This document shows positions 1 to 14,209 of a stretch of 64,000 nt of DNA, in pieces. The notes beneath the pieces were generated by a model, which saw only the letters and a program-made list of their open reading frames with translations, had not been told where the DNA came from and made no database searches. Source of the DNA: Octopus vulgaris. Its lineage: Eukaryota. A program made the translations under genes and the position numbers. Position 1 is the stretch's first letter. Each line of letters begins with the position of its first letter. The stretch lies in contig OX597818.1 in assembly GCA_951406725.2 (NCBI GenBank), positions 14,322,001-14,386,000 of the forward strand. Direction: 5' to 3'.

Positions 1-1446
1 ATGTTTGAGGGATCAGACAGCAAAAACAAATATATTTAGTTTACCAAATCTTTGAATAAAGTTATCATTCCTAATAAAGCCTACATTTACAAGTTAACTT
101 ACAATTTCCTTGTGGAGCGTTTCGATAAACTTCAAATGTTATAAATGCTTTTTCTTCTTTTGATCTGTCAGTCAGTATCCAGCGACGGCTATATTATTCC
201 GTTATAAAAATAAAAGTTATCAGATTTTGTAAACCAATCGTTAATTTTGCATAATAAACCTGATCTGAGCTCCACAATAAATAAAATACTGTTGCTTAAA
301 CATCGGTTGCTATGATAGGCTAAGCAAGCTGTCACTAATGGAACATCAAGAGCAATTAGCCACACAGGTGGTGATCTCAACTTAAACATCAACGCAAATA
401 CGATTTATGGTCTCATGCATTTGTTATTTTGTCTGTAACTGTCAGTTGTGTCCGAAAATAGGCAGCTCGCCTGTAGATTCCATACTCAAACATATATTTG
501 CTTCTACTCTGTCAGAAAGCAAAATCAGCTTTCTCAATATAAATAGGAAAACACGCTGTTTTAAGTGATTGCATCCAGACAATACCCCCAGCGGACAGAA
601 TCGTTATGACTGTATAGAACATTATCATTCATCAGACTTGTACGCATCTGGCTTTCTAATAACAATTCGGATATTAAAATTGCAAGATATATCAGGAGCG
701 AGAACTTTTTCCAGTGTAAATCTATCTCCAATTGAAATGTAAAAAAAAGGAAGAGATAAAAGAGTTTGATAATAAATTTATGAAATGAGTGATGGAAATA
801 CCTTTGTAAATTATGTTGGGATATAAGCTGCATTCTCCGTGTGTTTCTGTTTTTTTTCATCTCATTTAACTATCCATTGAAAATGGGGAAAATGAAATAA
901 TGGAGAGAGGAAATTATTTGATGTGTCAGATGTAATGACATCGAGTATATAAACGATGTAATGCTTCATTCATCTTCAGAATTATTGATAAATTGGGAAC
1001 GATTTCAAACACCTTTCATGATTAGAGTCTGTGTGCCGGGGGATAGATAATTAAATTTCAATGGGCTAGTCTGTAACATATTAACGAAATGACAGAAGCG
1101 CTAATATCAAAGAGATTATGAATTCATTTGAAATTAGTTTTATAAGATTTCTCGCTGTTGTAGATAGTGAAGTTTTTCATATTTTTACATCCTATAAATA
1201 CTAACAATCTATGTATCTGTTACGTTGTTGTGAATTGCTTCTGTTTGCATACAACTATGAAATCATGCATTGATATACACACACAGAATATATATATATA
1301 TATTACTGAAGCGTTACCTGGGATAAGTGCTTATGATAGCGAGAAGTTGAAGCAGCTGTAAGACCTTCTTTATATAAATGCTCTAATATTTACACAGCCT
1401 TAGTCTTTTTATCTTATTACGCAAAAAATTCTTATATATCTATAAA

Positions 1447-1448
<2 letters not shown>

Positions 1449-1539
<91 letters not shown>
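1449..1539. repeat. (CA)n(TA)n compound microsatellite
   Basis: Visible dinucleotide tracts. Confidence 0.95.
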
Positions 1540-1541
<2 letters not shown>

Positions 1542-1646
1542 TTCAGGGAGCCCTAATTCTTCATAACTAATAGAAGTCCTATTTTCTGTTTCTTAGAATA
1601 AGTTTATCTGTTTTAAAATGTGCATCTTGTCTTCGAATATGAATTA

Positions 1647-2328
1647 CTAGCTGAATAGCACGTCATTGCCGGGGAATTTTTACAATAGAATGTCTTATAT
1701 ACACTTTTGTTTCTTCCGTATCAGACTGTGCCTACGCCTACAAATTAGCCTCTTGATCAGGACAGATTTGTACAATTTTTTGCAAAATATTCGTTGAGAA
1801 TAATTTCCCTTTTTAAATTATTTACATGTTTGTTCGACCGTTTCACGTTACTTTATTCATTAAAACCTATTAAAACTTCAGAAATTCTTACAGCTTTGGA
1901 CGTCGTAATGCTTTGCTTTCGTTTGTTTAATACAAATTCCTTCTCGTAATGATTTTGCTTTCATTTTATGATAGAAAGCTATCAAGCAGAAAATGCCACG
2001 TCGCAAATCCTATTTTCTGATTAGGCAAAACTGATAACAATTTAAACCTCAGTAACATATTTCTGCAATTTTTTGAACAAATGAATAACAAAATCGGATT
2101 TAACGTAGAAAAATTATTTCAATAGGCCAAAGTAGAAACTTTGTACATAATTTTAAAATTGAACAATATGTGATATCATCAGGGAAGACCCTACAATAGT
2201 AGCGAGACAGACAGTTATAGGGCGTGAAACACACACACTTTTACAAACGTACACACAGGTAATCAAGAGTTTAAAATGCTGTATAGTTGACATATGTATG
2301 TATGTACGAATGCATGTGTGTGTGTACG

Positions 2329-2398
<70 letters not shown>

Positions 2399-3076
2399 TG
2401 TGTGTGTGTGTATGTATGTATGTGCGTGCGCGTGTGTGCATGTGTGAGAGTATTTCTTTGCAATGAACAGCAGAAAAGTCACACACCCACACTCTCCTCA
2501 AATCTACCTATTCCTCACACCCACCTTTCTTTCCCTTGGCTTTTTAAAAGTTACCCATGTGCCTGTAAGTGCACTGTGTGTGTGTTGTGTGTATGTTTGC
2601 AATGTGTGTGCGTTATGTGTGTATGTGTGTGTAGTGTGATTGTGCGTGCAATGCGTATACAGTATTTGTGTGTGTGCGGTTTGTGTGCGTGTGTAGTGTG
2701 TTTTGTGTATGCGCGTATGTATGCATGTGTATGCATGTATCTATGTATTTACCAAAGTATGTACGCAACGTCGCGTATATATGACATTTGTAGCTTACAC
2801 AATGCTGTTCTGCCCTTCCCTGATGTCAGTCACATTCACTATGTCACTAGATTTCCCTCGCTCAAACATTTTCACTCTCTTCAATTTATCATATAATAAC
2901 ATTGTTAAATGTCACTTTCCTCAATGATCTTACATTACTTGTCATAGATTTTTATTGAAATCCAGCTAGATTATAATTGACCTGGATATTAGTTTAATAT
3001 GTATGCAAAGTTTTGTGAAGATTGGTTCACTAGTGTAGACAGCAACACAGACAAAAATTGCCATTTATGTATAAGA
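1647..3076 (-). mobile_element. Probable non-autonomous Helitron-type element with internal (CA)n/(TA)n microsatellite
   Basis: Minus strand starts A|TCTTATACATAAATGGCAATTTTTGTCTGTG and ends CCCCGGCAATGACGTGCTATTCAG-CTAG|T. This gives 5' TC, 3' CTAG, a GC-rich subterminal segment and an A|T insertion site without TSD. Confidence 0.6.
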
Positions 3077-4207
3077 TATAGTGCTCGTCTGAAATACAGT
3101 TACTACTTACATCTGAGGAACAAAAACTAATTTGATTGCTAACAACTTTTACATCATTAACAAGTCTTATAGTATCATCATCACCGTTATTTGAAGTTAG
3201 ATATTCTAAAGTATGTATAAATGTTTATTTCTACAGTTTAACAATTCCATTGCTATCCAAACTGTATAACATTTACAGTGTCGATATTTTTTCATATTAA
3301 CTTTCAGCAAGAATTACGGAATCTGCGAACTTCAATATCATATACAAGCAGCTGAAAGCGATATTGTTAGCTAACGTTGTACTCCTGCAGTTAATTTGTG
3401 AAAAACATTCACGATGAATATATTTCCAGAAAGCTGTAATGAAAATGAAACAGAGTGGTGACAATAAAAGGAGAGATGCATAAAGTGGTTTCGCGGGGGT
3501 GTAGATGAAGAGAGCAAAATATATTGTAATGTAGAAACAACTTGAACCATTTAAGGAGTCCATATCTGAACAAGGTTGATAAATATAGTTGAAGCGGATT
3601 AATCTGAGATCCATATTTGGCAGGATATATTTTTATACTATAATAGAGAAAGTTGTTTATTAATCAGTTAAAATTATGTAACTTCTGCTACAAGAAATTA
3701 ATTATTAAACATACCATTGTCTAAAAAATTCTTTAAAAAAGGTATGTTTTAATACATTAATATCAAAAAACCGTTTCACGGAATTTTTTATTATTAAAGA
3801 TTCAAATACACGCTACTGTCATAAAAACTGGGGTTTTTTTACTGCCATCAGTCACAAGACATATTTATATTCACTGTTGCATATATCTGTCGCTGTCTGT
3901 CTGCCACCCCACTCGCTCTTTCTTACTCGCTCTCTACCGCCCTAGGCAATTGGTTTCAGTAAAGATAAATGATTACTTTCTTGCTTTTTTCGATACTTGG
4001 AAAATATTTGAGAAATAATTTTACACTATATATATACTGTTAGTATAATACATCATGTGTTCTTCAACGACTTCCTCCCTCCTGTCTCAGTTCTTTTTCA
4101 CACTTACATACTCACACAAACTTCATACATAACCTTTGCTCCGCCATACCTTTTCAGATATTTTGTCTTTCCAGCACAGACATTTTAATTGACTTCCTTG
4201 CATCGTC

Positions 4208-4211
4208 TCTT

Positions 4212-4276
<65 letters not shown>

Positions 4277-4439
4277 CAGTATCTCTCTTTCTCTTTCTCT
4301 CTCTCTCTCGCACACACACATACGCACACGCTTCATTCAAAAGCCTTTGCACATTTCAAGTAATGTAAGATCATTGGGAAAGTGGCATTCATCAATGTTA
4401 TTTCATTGTATAAAGTAAAATCTATCTATCTAAAGTAAA

Positions 4440-4492
<53 letters not shown>

Positions 4493-4497
4493 ACTAT

Positions 4498-4533
<36 letters not shown>
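4208..4533. repeat. (CT)n, (ATCT)n and (TA)n microsatellites
   Basis: Visible tracts. Confidence 0.9.
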
Positions 4534-4536
<3 letters not shown>

Positions 4537-5394
4537 CATTATCATCTCCATTTACCGTCTTCCTTTTATGTTGACATGGCTTAAACACTTCAATAGAAGT
4601 TGACAAATCAGAAGACTGCGAAGTTCCACTGCCTGCTTTGGCATGATTTCTGTTTTAGAATGCCTTTTCTAAAGCCATTCACTTTACAAATTATGCGAAA
4701 TATTTTTTTCCGTTGCGCCAACACCTGAGGAATAACAAAGTAACTTTCAAGACAAAACCCCATGTGCTGACAAAATAAGTAGTATTGAAAGGGGCGTCTT
4801 TGTGCCGAGTGATGGGGGATAGAAATAGATGTCTTGCAGTCAATGGGATACAGGGATAACCTACATAGATACAGAGAGACGGAGGAAAGATGATGAAGAT
4901 GCTATGAGGGGCAGTATACTCAAGTTACAGGGAGGTGTATATAAGTGATGCGGTACAGAGGATTGGAGAGGGTGATTGGGTGGGTAATTATTTAGACTTT
5001 GTGAAAAGAGTGAGGGATGGTGGGGAGGGGAATAGAACGAGTAGACACAGGCTGATGGAGAATATCTTAAGAACATACGCTATATGGTACAGATATTAGG
5101 CACATATTGTGTTCATGGGTATAGACAGAAACATGTCTTACTCCGCTAGACAAGTCTTCTCTAACCTAGCAAATCGCTACATAATTTGCTAGCTTCGTCA
5201 TCGCGTATTTAGGTTCAACATCTAATGGTCAATTTTCAAAATATAAATAGTAATATATGAATACACATCCCTACTATATGTGCGCGCGCATACGTTTGGT
5301 GTGAGTGCGCGTGCGTGTAGCAAGGTGGATTTGCACGGTTAGTCTTTGATACACATATTTTACATGGATCCCAAACTACAGATAATAAAATAAG

Positions 5395-5458
5395 GAATAT
5401 ATATGTGTGTATACATGTATATATATATATATATACATGTATATATATATATACATGT

Positions 5459-5503
<45 letters not shown>

Positions 5504-5885
5504 CACACGCATATATATACAGGCACATATATATATACACACATATATAAATATGTATACATGCATACACACACACACAAACACCTACATACACAATATA
5601 TATACACACATATATATCTATATGTATACACACACATATATACATACATATATACACACACACACACATATATATATACAATATATACACACACACTCAT
5701 ATACACGCACATGTATATACACGCACATGTATATACACACATACATACACACGCACATACAAACACACTAACGTATATACACAAGCATACACACACACAT
5801 ACACACAATATATAAACACCCCGCCATTCACACAAATACACACACATAAATATAAATAGACAGAAACATAGATATATGTACATTT
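5395..5885. repeat. Degenerate (TA)n/(CA)n microsatellite field
   Basis: Visible; source of several spurious ORFs. Confidence 0.9.
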
Positions 5886-6197
5886 GGGTGTGTTGAGTTC
5901 AAAGTGGATCCTAGATACTTGGAGTTTTCTTCACCACACCTCCTCCTCCTCCTCCATTTAGCATGATGAGTGTTATTTTGTTTTGGTAGTTATTATTAAA
6001 CATAATCTTTCTTTTTATGAGCTGGTCTCCATCCTGTACTTTTTCCTGTATGATAATATGTTACTGCAGTTCCGCTTCACTGCTATTTTACAGGTCGATT
6101 TTATCACCATATCTCAAAATATGATAAGAAGCCTCTGCTGTCCTGAGGCACCTGAACATCATATAGAAAAGCAATTTCCAACAATACTGAGTGTAAA

Positions 6198-6670
6198 CTA
6201 GTCTGGTGTCTTCGATCCTTCTGTATCGGTGTGAGAGCGGGACTCTTACTGCTGACATGTATGAAGGAATCCAGGCATTTGAGCACAAATTCTTCAGAAA
6301 GCTGATACACGTCCTTACTCAGAGCACAAAACAAACTGCTTTGTCAGGCAGCAAGTAAGCAAATACCCTGGCATAAAAGAGATCACTCCTTACGCAGTTA
6401 AAAAGACAAAAGCTTGCCTGGTACATTTATATATCTCCAAAACCACTTTCGGAGGCTGAAAGAGTTAAAATGCTGGTTAGGCAACATCAAGGACTGGGCA
6501 GGTCACAACACAGCGAGATTGCTATGCATGGCATGGAACAGAAACTTGTGACGAGGGCGGAACCGAAAATATGTAGAATGGCACGCCAACGATTGGCTGC
6601 ATCAGCTAAAGGAGTTGATGACTACAAGGACGATGACGACGACGACGACGACGACGACGAGGAGGAGAGG
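6198..6670 (+). mobile_element. RTE-clade LINE 3' fragment (decayed)
   Basis: Frameshifted translation SLVSSILLY/GCES.TLTADM..IQAFEHKFFRKL...HKTN.FVRQQV...VKRQKLAW...CWLGNIKDWAG matches the RTE RT C-terminal region. It ends in a (GAC)n tail. Confidence 0.75.
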
Positions 6671-7059
6671 GAGGGGTGTGTGAGTTCAATATATTACTAA
6701 ATTTGTAACAACTTTAAGAGATTTTCTAATATATTTTTCATGCCTAATAATGGCGTAGTGTGGGAGGAGCATATGTGTGGTTAGCTGAGATTTGCTTCTC
6801 TATAGTTGCTGTCTGTGTGACCAAACACTATGTGCGAGTGTCCATGCATGCGTACACACCTACGAACCTTCTTGTCGCTTGCCTTTGGGCAGTTCACATA
6901 TATTATATTAGTTTGAAAATGTTTATTGCATTTTTGACGTGATCGCTTTGAGAGAAAGTTTTAAATATTTCCAATATACAAGCATTTTTATTATTTTTTC
7001 TTTATTTGCTGTTTACTTTACTAAATTCTTATTTAAATAGGTTAGAAGCACACCTATAG

Positions 7060-7545
7060 CAGATGCTGCATGATGTATGAATTCAAAATTGACCCTTCAC
7101 CATAGAATTGACCACAACATTCGTTCTGTCTACAGGAAATCCAAAATAAATTGTACGAAAATTAGCCAAACAATTCAATTCAAGTCACACTTTGATCATA
7201 AAACGGTTTCATGAACTTGAGATATAGTCTAAAATTATCCAATGGGTCTTGCATCGTCTGATTTATCCTTGGTTTAATCAAGGAGATGCCCTTTCTTCCT
7301 CATTGAGGTGTAAGTTTGTTACAGAACATTTCCTGACTAGATTCATCACAAGTGAGTTCGCTATAATTATATCCCTCAAAAACGATAATGTTAGCAGCGA
7401 TTGAAAATAGAAAATTCCTCCACAAACTAGTTACGCTCTGTGTTGGTGATGGGATATAAAAGGTTTTGTCTATCACGAAATGTTAACCCAAAGCGAAACT
7501 GTTAATGCAGTGAAATATGGTTGTTAATTGTAATTGTTGCACAGC
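7060..7545 (+). mobile_element. Mariner transposase fragment (decayed)
   Basis: Degenerate ...LCV/W.WDIKGFVYHEMLTQSETVNAVKY, typical of the mariner catalytic domain. Confidence 0.65.
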
Positions 7546-8649
7546 CTTTGTAGAAAATTGCACTTACATGATAATCTAACATCACAAATTGCGCAAGTAT
7601 ATGTATATATATTGTAGGATCTTTCCACTTTGACCGGCAGATTTTTAAAATAATTTCTTCGTAACTAAACACTTTTAAACTTCGTATACTGGTAGAATGT
7701 GTCACATAAAACATCTCTTTCTCTTGACGTTCTTGAGAAAATTATGTAGTTTGTAATCTATTTTGTGTTTAATTTCTTGTATTTCGGCAATTTACTGGTT
7801 CAAATTTCGATGTCTAACATAGTTGTTGATATTGCTGTTATTTGTAATTGCAGCTAACAAGTAGTTTTCCGCAACATCATTTTGGGAAAATTAAGGTTAA
7901 TATTTCAATTAGAAACGCAAATTAAAAGCTGCACAGATATATCTACAGCTCCCTATGGTTCCTTCTGTCACTAGTGCCTACATACGATATACATCACACC
8001 CACGACCTGCACCGCTTCTTAGAGAATCGCTGTTCTATATTGTAACATTCGTTTCAAATACATACGAGCATATATGGATATGAAAATTATTCCAAGCATA
8101 AGCACAATATCAGATGTTGGTAAGGAACTGTCGACCACGTGACCACATCGACTACAGCTCTTGATTGACACGTCTGCACTTGATTCATATCTGAATACAA
8201 ATACACACTGGCAGACATACCCATACCTGTACTACCATTAATACGAGTGTCTGTGGAACTTTATTCCCCTACCTAATGGATTTGCCAGGTTTATTCAATT
8301 AACTTAAACCTATTTTAATGAGTAAATTTATAGGCCCTTTCCTTTTCAGAGTTTGCATCAATAAATACCTAACAGTGATAGCACAAGTTTATACATTATT
8401 TCTTATTTCTTTGAGTTATTATAATGAAAGCTGAAGAGTGCCATAAATTTACAATTTGATCCGAATCTGCTGAAAATTAAGTAAAGTATACGGACTTTAA
8501 ACTCACCCATATTTTCCGCTGCTCACTCATGCATATGCAGTTCATTCACAAAGGAAATAACCATAAAATAAATAGATAAAAGGAAATAAATTAAATCGAT
8601 AGAGAATCCATACCACACACGTAAAATGATGTGCGTGCAGACACACACA

Positions 8650-8684
<35 letters not shown>

Positions 8685-8700
8685 TCTCTTCTCTCTCTTC

Positions 8701-8733
<33 letters not shown>

Positions 8734-10136
8734 ATATTTACAGATTCCACACCATGTCATACAAGTGTGCACGCTCACACAATCAGGCAAAATACGCACG
8801 CACCAGTGCACACACAGATTACACAATTGGTTAAAGGATAACTAACTGACTAAAAGTAAAAGTAATTAAATAGAACGACTGCGTGTTTTTAATGTAGGCA
8901 TAAGGACCCTTTCAAGATAGAACAAATCTCCTTTAACGCCCGATTTCGTATCAAAAATCTTGCAAACCAAACACAAACCGAAACTGCTATACCTACTTCC
9001 CTCTTTTAGCCTATGTCATGATTTGTGTTTTCATTATACGTATTTGCTCTCTGTCATGAGGGAAACCTCGTGCACTGCTCATTCCCTCTTGCTCTGCCTT
9101 CCCTTTCCTCTAGTTAGTAATCCGTTGTCATTACCCTACCTATGATTCTCCCTCCCTCTCTTATATATTTGAATTATACTTGATGCAACTAACTAACACA
9201 TCATCAATGCTTGTCTCTATACTTTACAGGAATTATTTTATATCTGATCCTTTATTATTTTCTTTAAAATGATCCGTATTTTCACATCTCTTATCACTTA
9301 GGGATACAATCATTATTTTTAACTCATGAGCATGTAGAGGACAAGTTAAGAGTGATCAACTGTTAGCAGCCCTAAAATTCCTCGTTTTTTTTCCCTACTT
9401 CTGGCTTGGTCCTTAACTTGTATCATTACTCTATCCAATGTTTCTGTTGCCACATAATCTCTTCACTGTACATTTAACACCCGATCTATACTTCCCTTCG
9501 CTTCAATAATACACCTTCTCTTCACCTCACTTTTCCTCTGCCCACTGCATATACTTAATTCTATAGCTCTCGCTTCTACCTCTTCTCTTCGTCTCTCTGT
9601 AAACTTAAGGCCCAATATATATTTATAAACTATCGTCTATCATACAATTGCCCTTCATCTCCTGAAGCGTAAGTCGGGACAGTGCCACATGATGGAGCTA
9701 TCCATAAACGTGCCAGCTGATATTTACTTTGCTTTCATGCATACCCGTAATATTGCTTCAGTAATGCACCTGTTTCTATAATATCCATTTTCATATAAAC
9801 CAGTCATTGGAAAAAGTTTTAAAGATAATGATTATATAATGTAAATTGTATACGCAACTTTACATCTAAATCCATATATTAGGCAATCGTTTGTCTTTCT
9901 ACTTATATGTCAAATAAAACAAAAGATTGCTTATAGAGTAACTACTTCCCATCTCTTCTGTTTTCTTTCATTTAATATATATATAGTCTATGACCAAACT
10001 AACAGCAGATTCCAAAGATATGAAGCGTGAATTGTAATGAGTTCGCCTCAATTTTCCTTCAAATAGCAAAACAAATGGAGCTCTAAATACTGTTTAAATC
10101 TTGTGCAATATAAATTTTAAATAGCATGACAGACAC

Positions 10137-10138
10137 AC

Positions 10139-10215
<77 letters not shown>
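10137..10215. repeat. (AGAT)n microsatellite
   Basis: Visible tract. Confidence 0.95.
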
Positions 10216-10879
10216 TGCAAATATGTGTGTGATGGTGTTTTGTGTATGTATGTATCCATATCATTAACGATGCTATGTAAAATTTTATACAAATATTGAA
10301 TTATTATTTTACTGATATGTTTATGTCTATGCCAACTGCATAAATGTCTCTTAAACAAGGTAACGGAATTTGGATTTGGAAATGAAAATATGTTTCTATA
10401 AATTTTTATGACATCGCTGCAATTGTATCAGAATATTGTTCCCGATTTGCCCAAACCATAAATTACTATAAGCTAAATAATTGTATAAACTGATATATGT
10501 TCACGAGTTAGGCAAATTAAATTCAATTTATAAACTTACTAACTATGCACGAAATTCTGTGACACTGTCTTCATATGCCTAATTGATCCAGAATGCAGAA
10601 GACAGTAAAATTGGACATTTCACATGACAGATAAGATTGATCATGATATAGCTTTTGGGTAATGATAATTAGAAAAATTTGATAGTGTACTTTCGTTACT
10701 AAATTTAAATTCCTCTAGAAGTGATGCAGATTATATACAAGCGCTAGGGAGAAAAGTAGCAGTACAGAGACATAGATGCACCACTACAGTCTTTACTTTA
10801 CATTACTAATCTAAATATTAACTTAAATTTTTTTTTAAATATTATTATAAAATACTTCTTAGCTTCAATAACAGCGACA

Positions 10880-11110
10880 TTGGATAACTTACTGCACTCG
10901 CAACGTTTCATCAAACATGGAGTTGGAAGCTTCAGTAAAGAATTTTTTCAACCCAAAAAACAAGAACTGGTATCAGCTTGGGATCAAACAACTGGTAGAA
11001 AGGTGACTTCAGATGGAGCAACACTTCAGATGGCCTCCACTTTGCATGCTAAGGTGCTTTTCTTGTGACTTCACGAATAAAGTAAATAAATTTTCAAAAT
11101 CTTTTCACGT
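10880..11110 (+). mobile_element. Mariner transposase C-terminal fragment
   Basis: Frameshifted ELEASVKEFF/NPKNKNWYQLGIKQLVER*LQM matches mariner C-termini (FF..K...WY..GI..L..RW). Confidence 0.6.
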
Positions 11111-11899
11111 AAAACAATAATTAAAAGGCATAATTAATAAAAACACAGTTTTCTACTAATGACACTTTGTGTAACGGGTGCTGGTCTACTTTCCTTTGAC
11201 AGTGTCATAATTGGGCTGTTTGATGCTAATCATTTCTTAGTGTTTTTACTTTGGTGCTAGAAAACGAAATCAAATGAAAGCACATTACTGAAAATGGAAA
11301 TTCTACACGTATTCAATTTAAGAATTTCTTTTCCGGCTTTCTTCCCAGAAGTCAATGACAAATGGTAGAGACGTTTTGGGTGAATATAATACACTATCAG
11401 CAAGTTCGGAATATAGTGTTAGGTTACAATAGAAGCGAAGAAAGGAGATTTAACTCTGAACTGGGCTTGTGACGGCAGACGTTTGTGAATGAATATTTGC
11501 TTATTGGGTGACTGCATTTGCAGAGGCACTTCAGAAACTGAAAATGTGTAATATTTACTCAGGCGTGACAGCCTTGGCAAAGTGAGGAGCAAATATACTA
11601 ACCTCTAAAATCTGGGAAACCAACAATGATCCGAGTTGAAAATAGTGATGCAAAAACAAAAAATAATAATAATTCAGAATAGCTATTGTGTGTGAGAATG
11701 TGTATGTATCTGTGTGTGGTCGGAATCCTTCCAGAACATCTCCCATTCTTAAAATCAGTCTCCCCTGTCTTCTCTCATTTTGAAAATTGAACTCCGCTCC
11801 ATATTTTAATATTTCTTACTTAGGGTTTAATTCCAGTGAAAAAAATTAATAAATAAAATAATCAGCACATACTAATTTTATTATTCTTTTTCTTAAGGA

Positions 11900-12700
11900 A
11901 AGCAGTTGATGCTGCCCATTTAGACTATTCTACGTATTGAATAACTCCAATTTTTTCTAGTCTAAGTTTATTTGTTCTAATGCTGCGAACAGTGCAGTTT
12001 GTTTTGCTTAAATGTTCGTATGGCATTTCCGTGCTTTCGTTTTGGTGCACAGACCTAATTTATCGGACAGAACATCTGGAAAAATATTACAGAATTTGTT
12101 TTTCAATTCGTCTGACGATTTATCTGTACTGTAGGCAAAACCATTTACATGTTTACAGACTAGGTTTATGGATAGGTCCCACAAATTAAACAGTTTTACC
12201 CAGTCAGTACCGAACAAGGTTGTTGTATCATTTAACACAAGATCTTTACCTTTTAAGGGTTTTTTGTAACCGAATGTAATATTACTTATCAATTCGATCT
12301 TAAAATATTTTTTTCCTGAAATACCACGGGTAATTTTCGAGGTTACTTTTAATTTAGGTCTCCCGATCTTTTCCATGAATCTGTGGTAATTATTAATATG
12401 TCAATGCCTGTATCCAATTGTAACTTTATTAATTATTGCATACACAAATTTCCTTTGAGGTTTGTTCGTATTCTTTGCCACCGATAATCAGTTTACGTGA
12501 TTTATACTGTTGAAACCTTTTTGTCCTACAATGCTACTTTGTATGGCCTATTTTACTACTCTTGTATCATTTTATATTTTTAAACGGTCAGTCATTTTTA
12601 AAGTATAAACCACGCATAACATGGATTCGGTCTTGACATTTTTTTGGTTATTTTCTTATTTGTTACCGGTCGACACGCTTAAGTTGAAGACAAAAGTTTC
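11900..12700 (-). mobile_element. Gypsy LTR-retrotransposon fragment (gag knuckle remnants, protease, start of RT)
   Basis: Minus strand KLQLDTGIDILII (aspartic protease DTG), LFGTDWVKLFNLW and VPFAALEQ-like motifs, with CCHC-like remnants upstream. Resembles the element at 35.9-40.7 kb. Confidence 0.8.
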
Positions 12701-12789
12701 AACTGTGGAATAAGTTTATGTGTGGCAACTTAACTCTTCTGACAGATTTGAATTTTGTTATCTTCCGTTAAATTGCAGAGCTTTTGGCG

Positions 12790-14010
12790 TATGTGACCTT
12801 ATGCCACTTGTTCTTTCTCTTATTTACTTGCTTTTGTTTCAGCGACGTATCTGGGCTGTCCGAGCGAGTCATTCTTCTTGGTTTCTCTGTTGGTGCACTA
12901 AAAAAACCCTCAACGTTTATGTCTTACACTTCGTGTTGCAATGATGTTTCTGCTTCATCGTTACTCGCTATCGTTAGTGCTGTTTCTGCTGGTGCATCGA
13001 ACAAGTTCCTTGTCTCCTCCATCTCTATTTCCTTCATCCTTTTCTAGCTCTCTGGTTGAGAACTCACACGCTCTTCCCTTTTTCTCCTATTCACGACAGT
13101 GAATGATTCTTCTTCTTTGTCTTTCTCTCCTCCCGGCACCTCCACTTTGGTACTCTGTCCTTCACACTGTTGCTTCTGCTTCTCCTCTTTGCTTTCCTTC
13201 TGGGGGCACCTTGCTCTCATGTGCCCCTTTTGACCACGTAGGAAACATATAGGTGGTCTGCCTTCCACCACCACTCTTAGTGTTACGTCTTCCTATAGAA
13301 TAATCTTCTCTGTGATCTCATACAAGTCTTTGAGGCTTATTTGCATGGCCATTTCAAGGCCATACCCCCACCAATTCAAATTTTTGGTTCTAGTAATCTT
13401 CAATATTTTGGTTTCATCTTCCATCCTGTGCATGTTTCCTTAACTTCTGGGGACACTCTGCCGTTTCTTACTCTGGCGACGCAGTTTTCCCAGTAAGTCG
13501 GCAGAAGTACCCGTTCCCGTGTCCTTATCAGCACAATGGGGTGGTTTATCGCATCTTCTTCGTTGGCAAACCTTACCTCCACTGTGCCGTACTTACTTCC
13601 GAGCGTATAAAAGGTGGTAACCTTCTTTATGTCTTCGAGACATTCCTCTATTGCTACAAATGTTGCAATCTCTATCTTTTTAGAAGACGTGGATAGCGTT
13701 CTGTATACCACTGTTCTCTTCGCCACATTATTAGTCAATTTCCCCGGTGGGGTCAGCCTTAATCTGGCTCCTTCCCTTTCTATCAATTTACTGCCCTCTT
13801 TCCATTTTCTGGTTCTATCTTGATCTCTCGCACTTCCATGGTGTTTGTAGTTGATCCTTTTATCGCAGCGGATGCATAACTTCCGGCTAGTTCATGCTCC
13901 ATCCCTTCTCTCTTCTCTACTTCACATATAAATGGGGAAGAAAGCAAATACACAAACAGGCAAAAACAGCGACAATAATTCAAATTTCAACAAATTCAAC
14001 GCATCTAGGT
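12790..14010 (-). mobile_element. Tx1/L1-like non-LTR ORF1 (gag-like) remnant
   Basis: N-terminal MEHELAGSYASAA (SYA motif, ATG at 13902), RRM-like VEVRFANEEDA, degenerate zinc knuckle GRPPICFLRGQKGHMRARCP and a charged C-terminus. Broken by frameshifts and stops. Confidence 0.6.
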
Positions 14011-14100
14011 TCACCCACACGGGGAGACCTTCAACAGGTATATAACAATGAACGACTCACTCCACTTTTAGTCACATAATGGTGGTCGGTGTCCTTCCAC

Positions 14101-14180
<80 letters not shown>

Positions 14181-14209
14181 AACATAAGAAATAATATTAG
14201 GGTAATAAG

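Noticed and set aside
170-480. Repeat-free stretch with GATTTATGG and CAGGTG motifs, possible enhancer
   Set aside because: Short motifs are expected by chance, and no conservation data are available.
3297-3614. 105-aa minus-strand ORF, and a plus-strand splice-acceptor-like TTTCAG at 3308
   Set aside because: No recognisable domain. All plus frames stop quickly and no convincing donor was found.
2153-5883. Many ORFs rich in YI/HT/CV/ER repeats (also at 8.5, 22.9, 29.3, 41.7 and 51.6 kb)
   Set aside because: They are translations of microsatellites, not genes.
8428-8490. CTGAAGA...GAAAATTAAGTA hammerhead-like spacing
   Set aside because: No stem I pairing and poor stem II.
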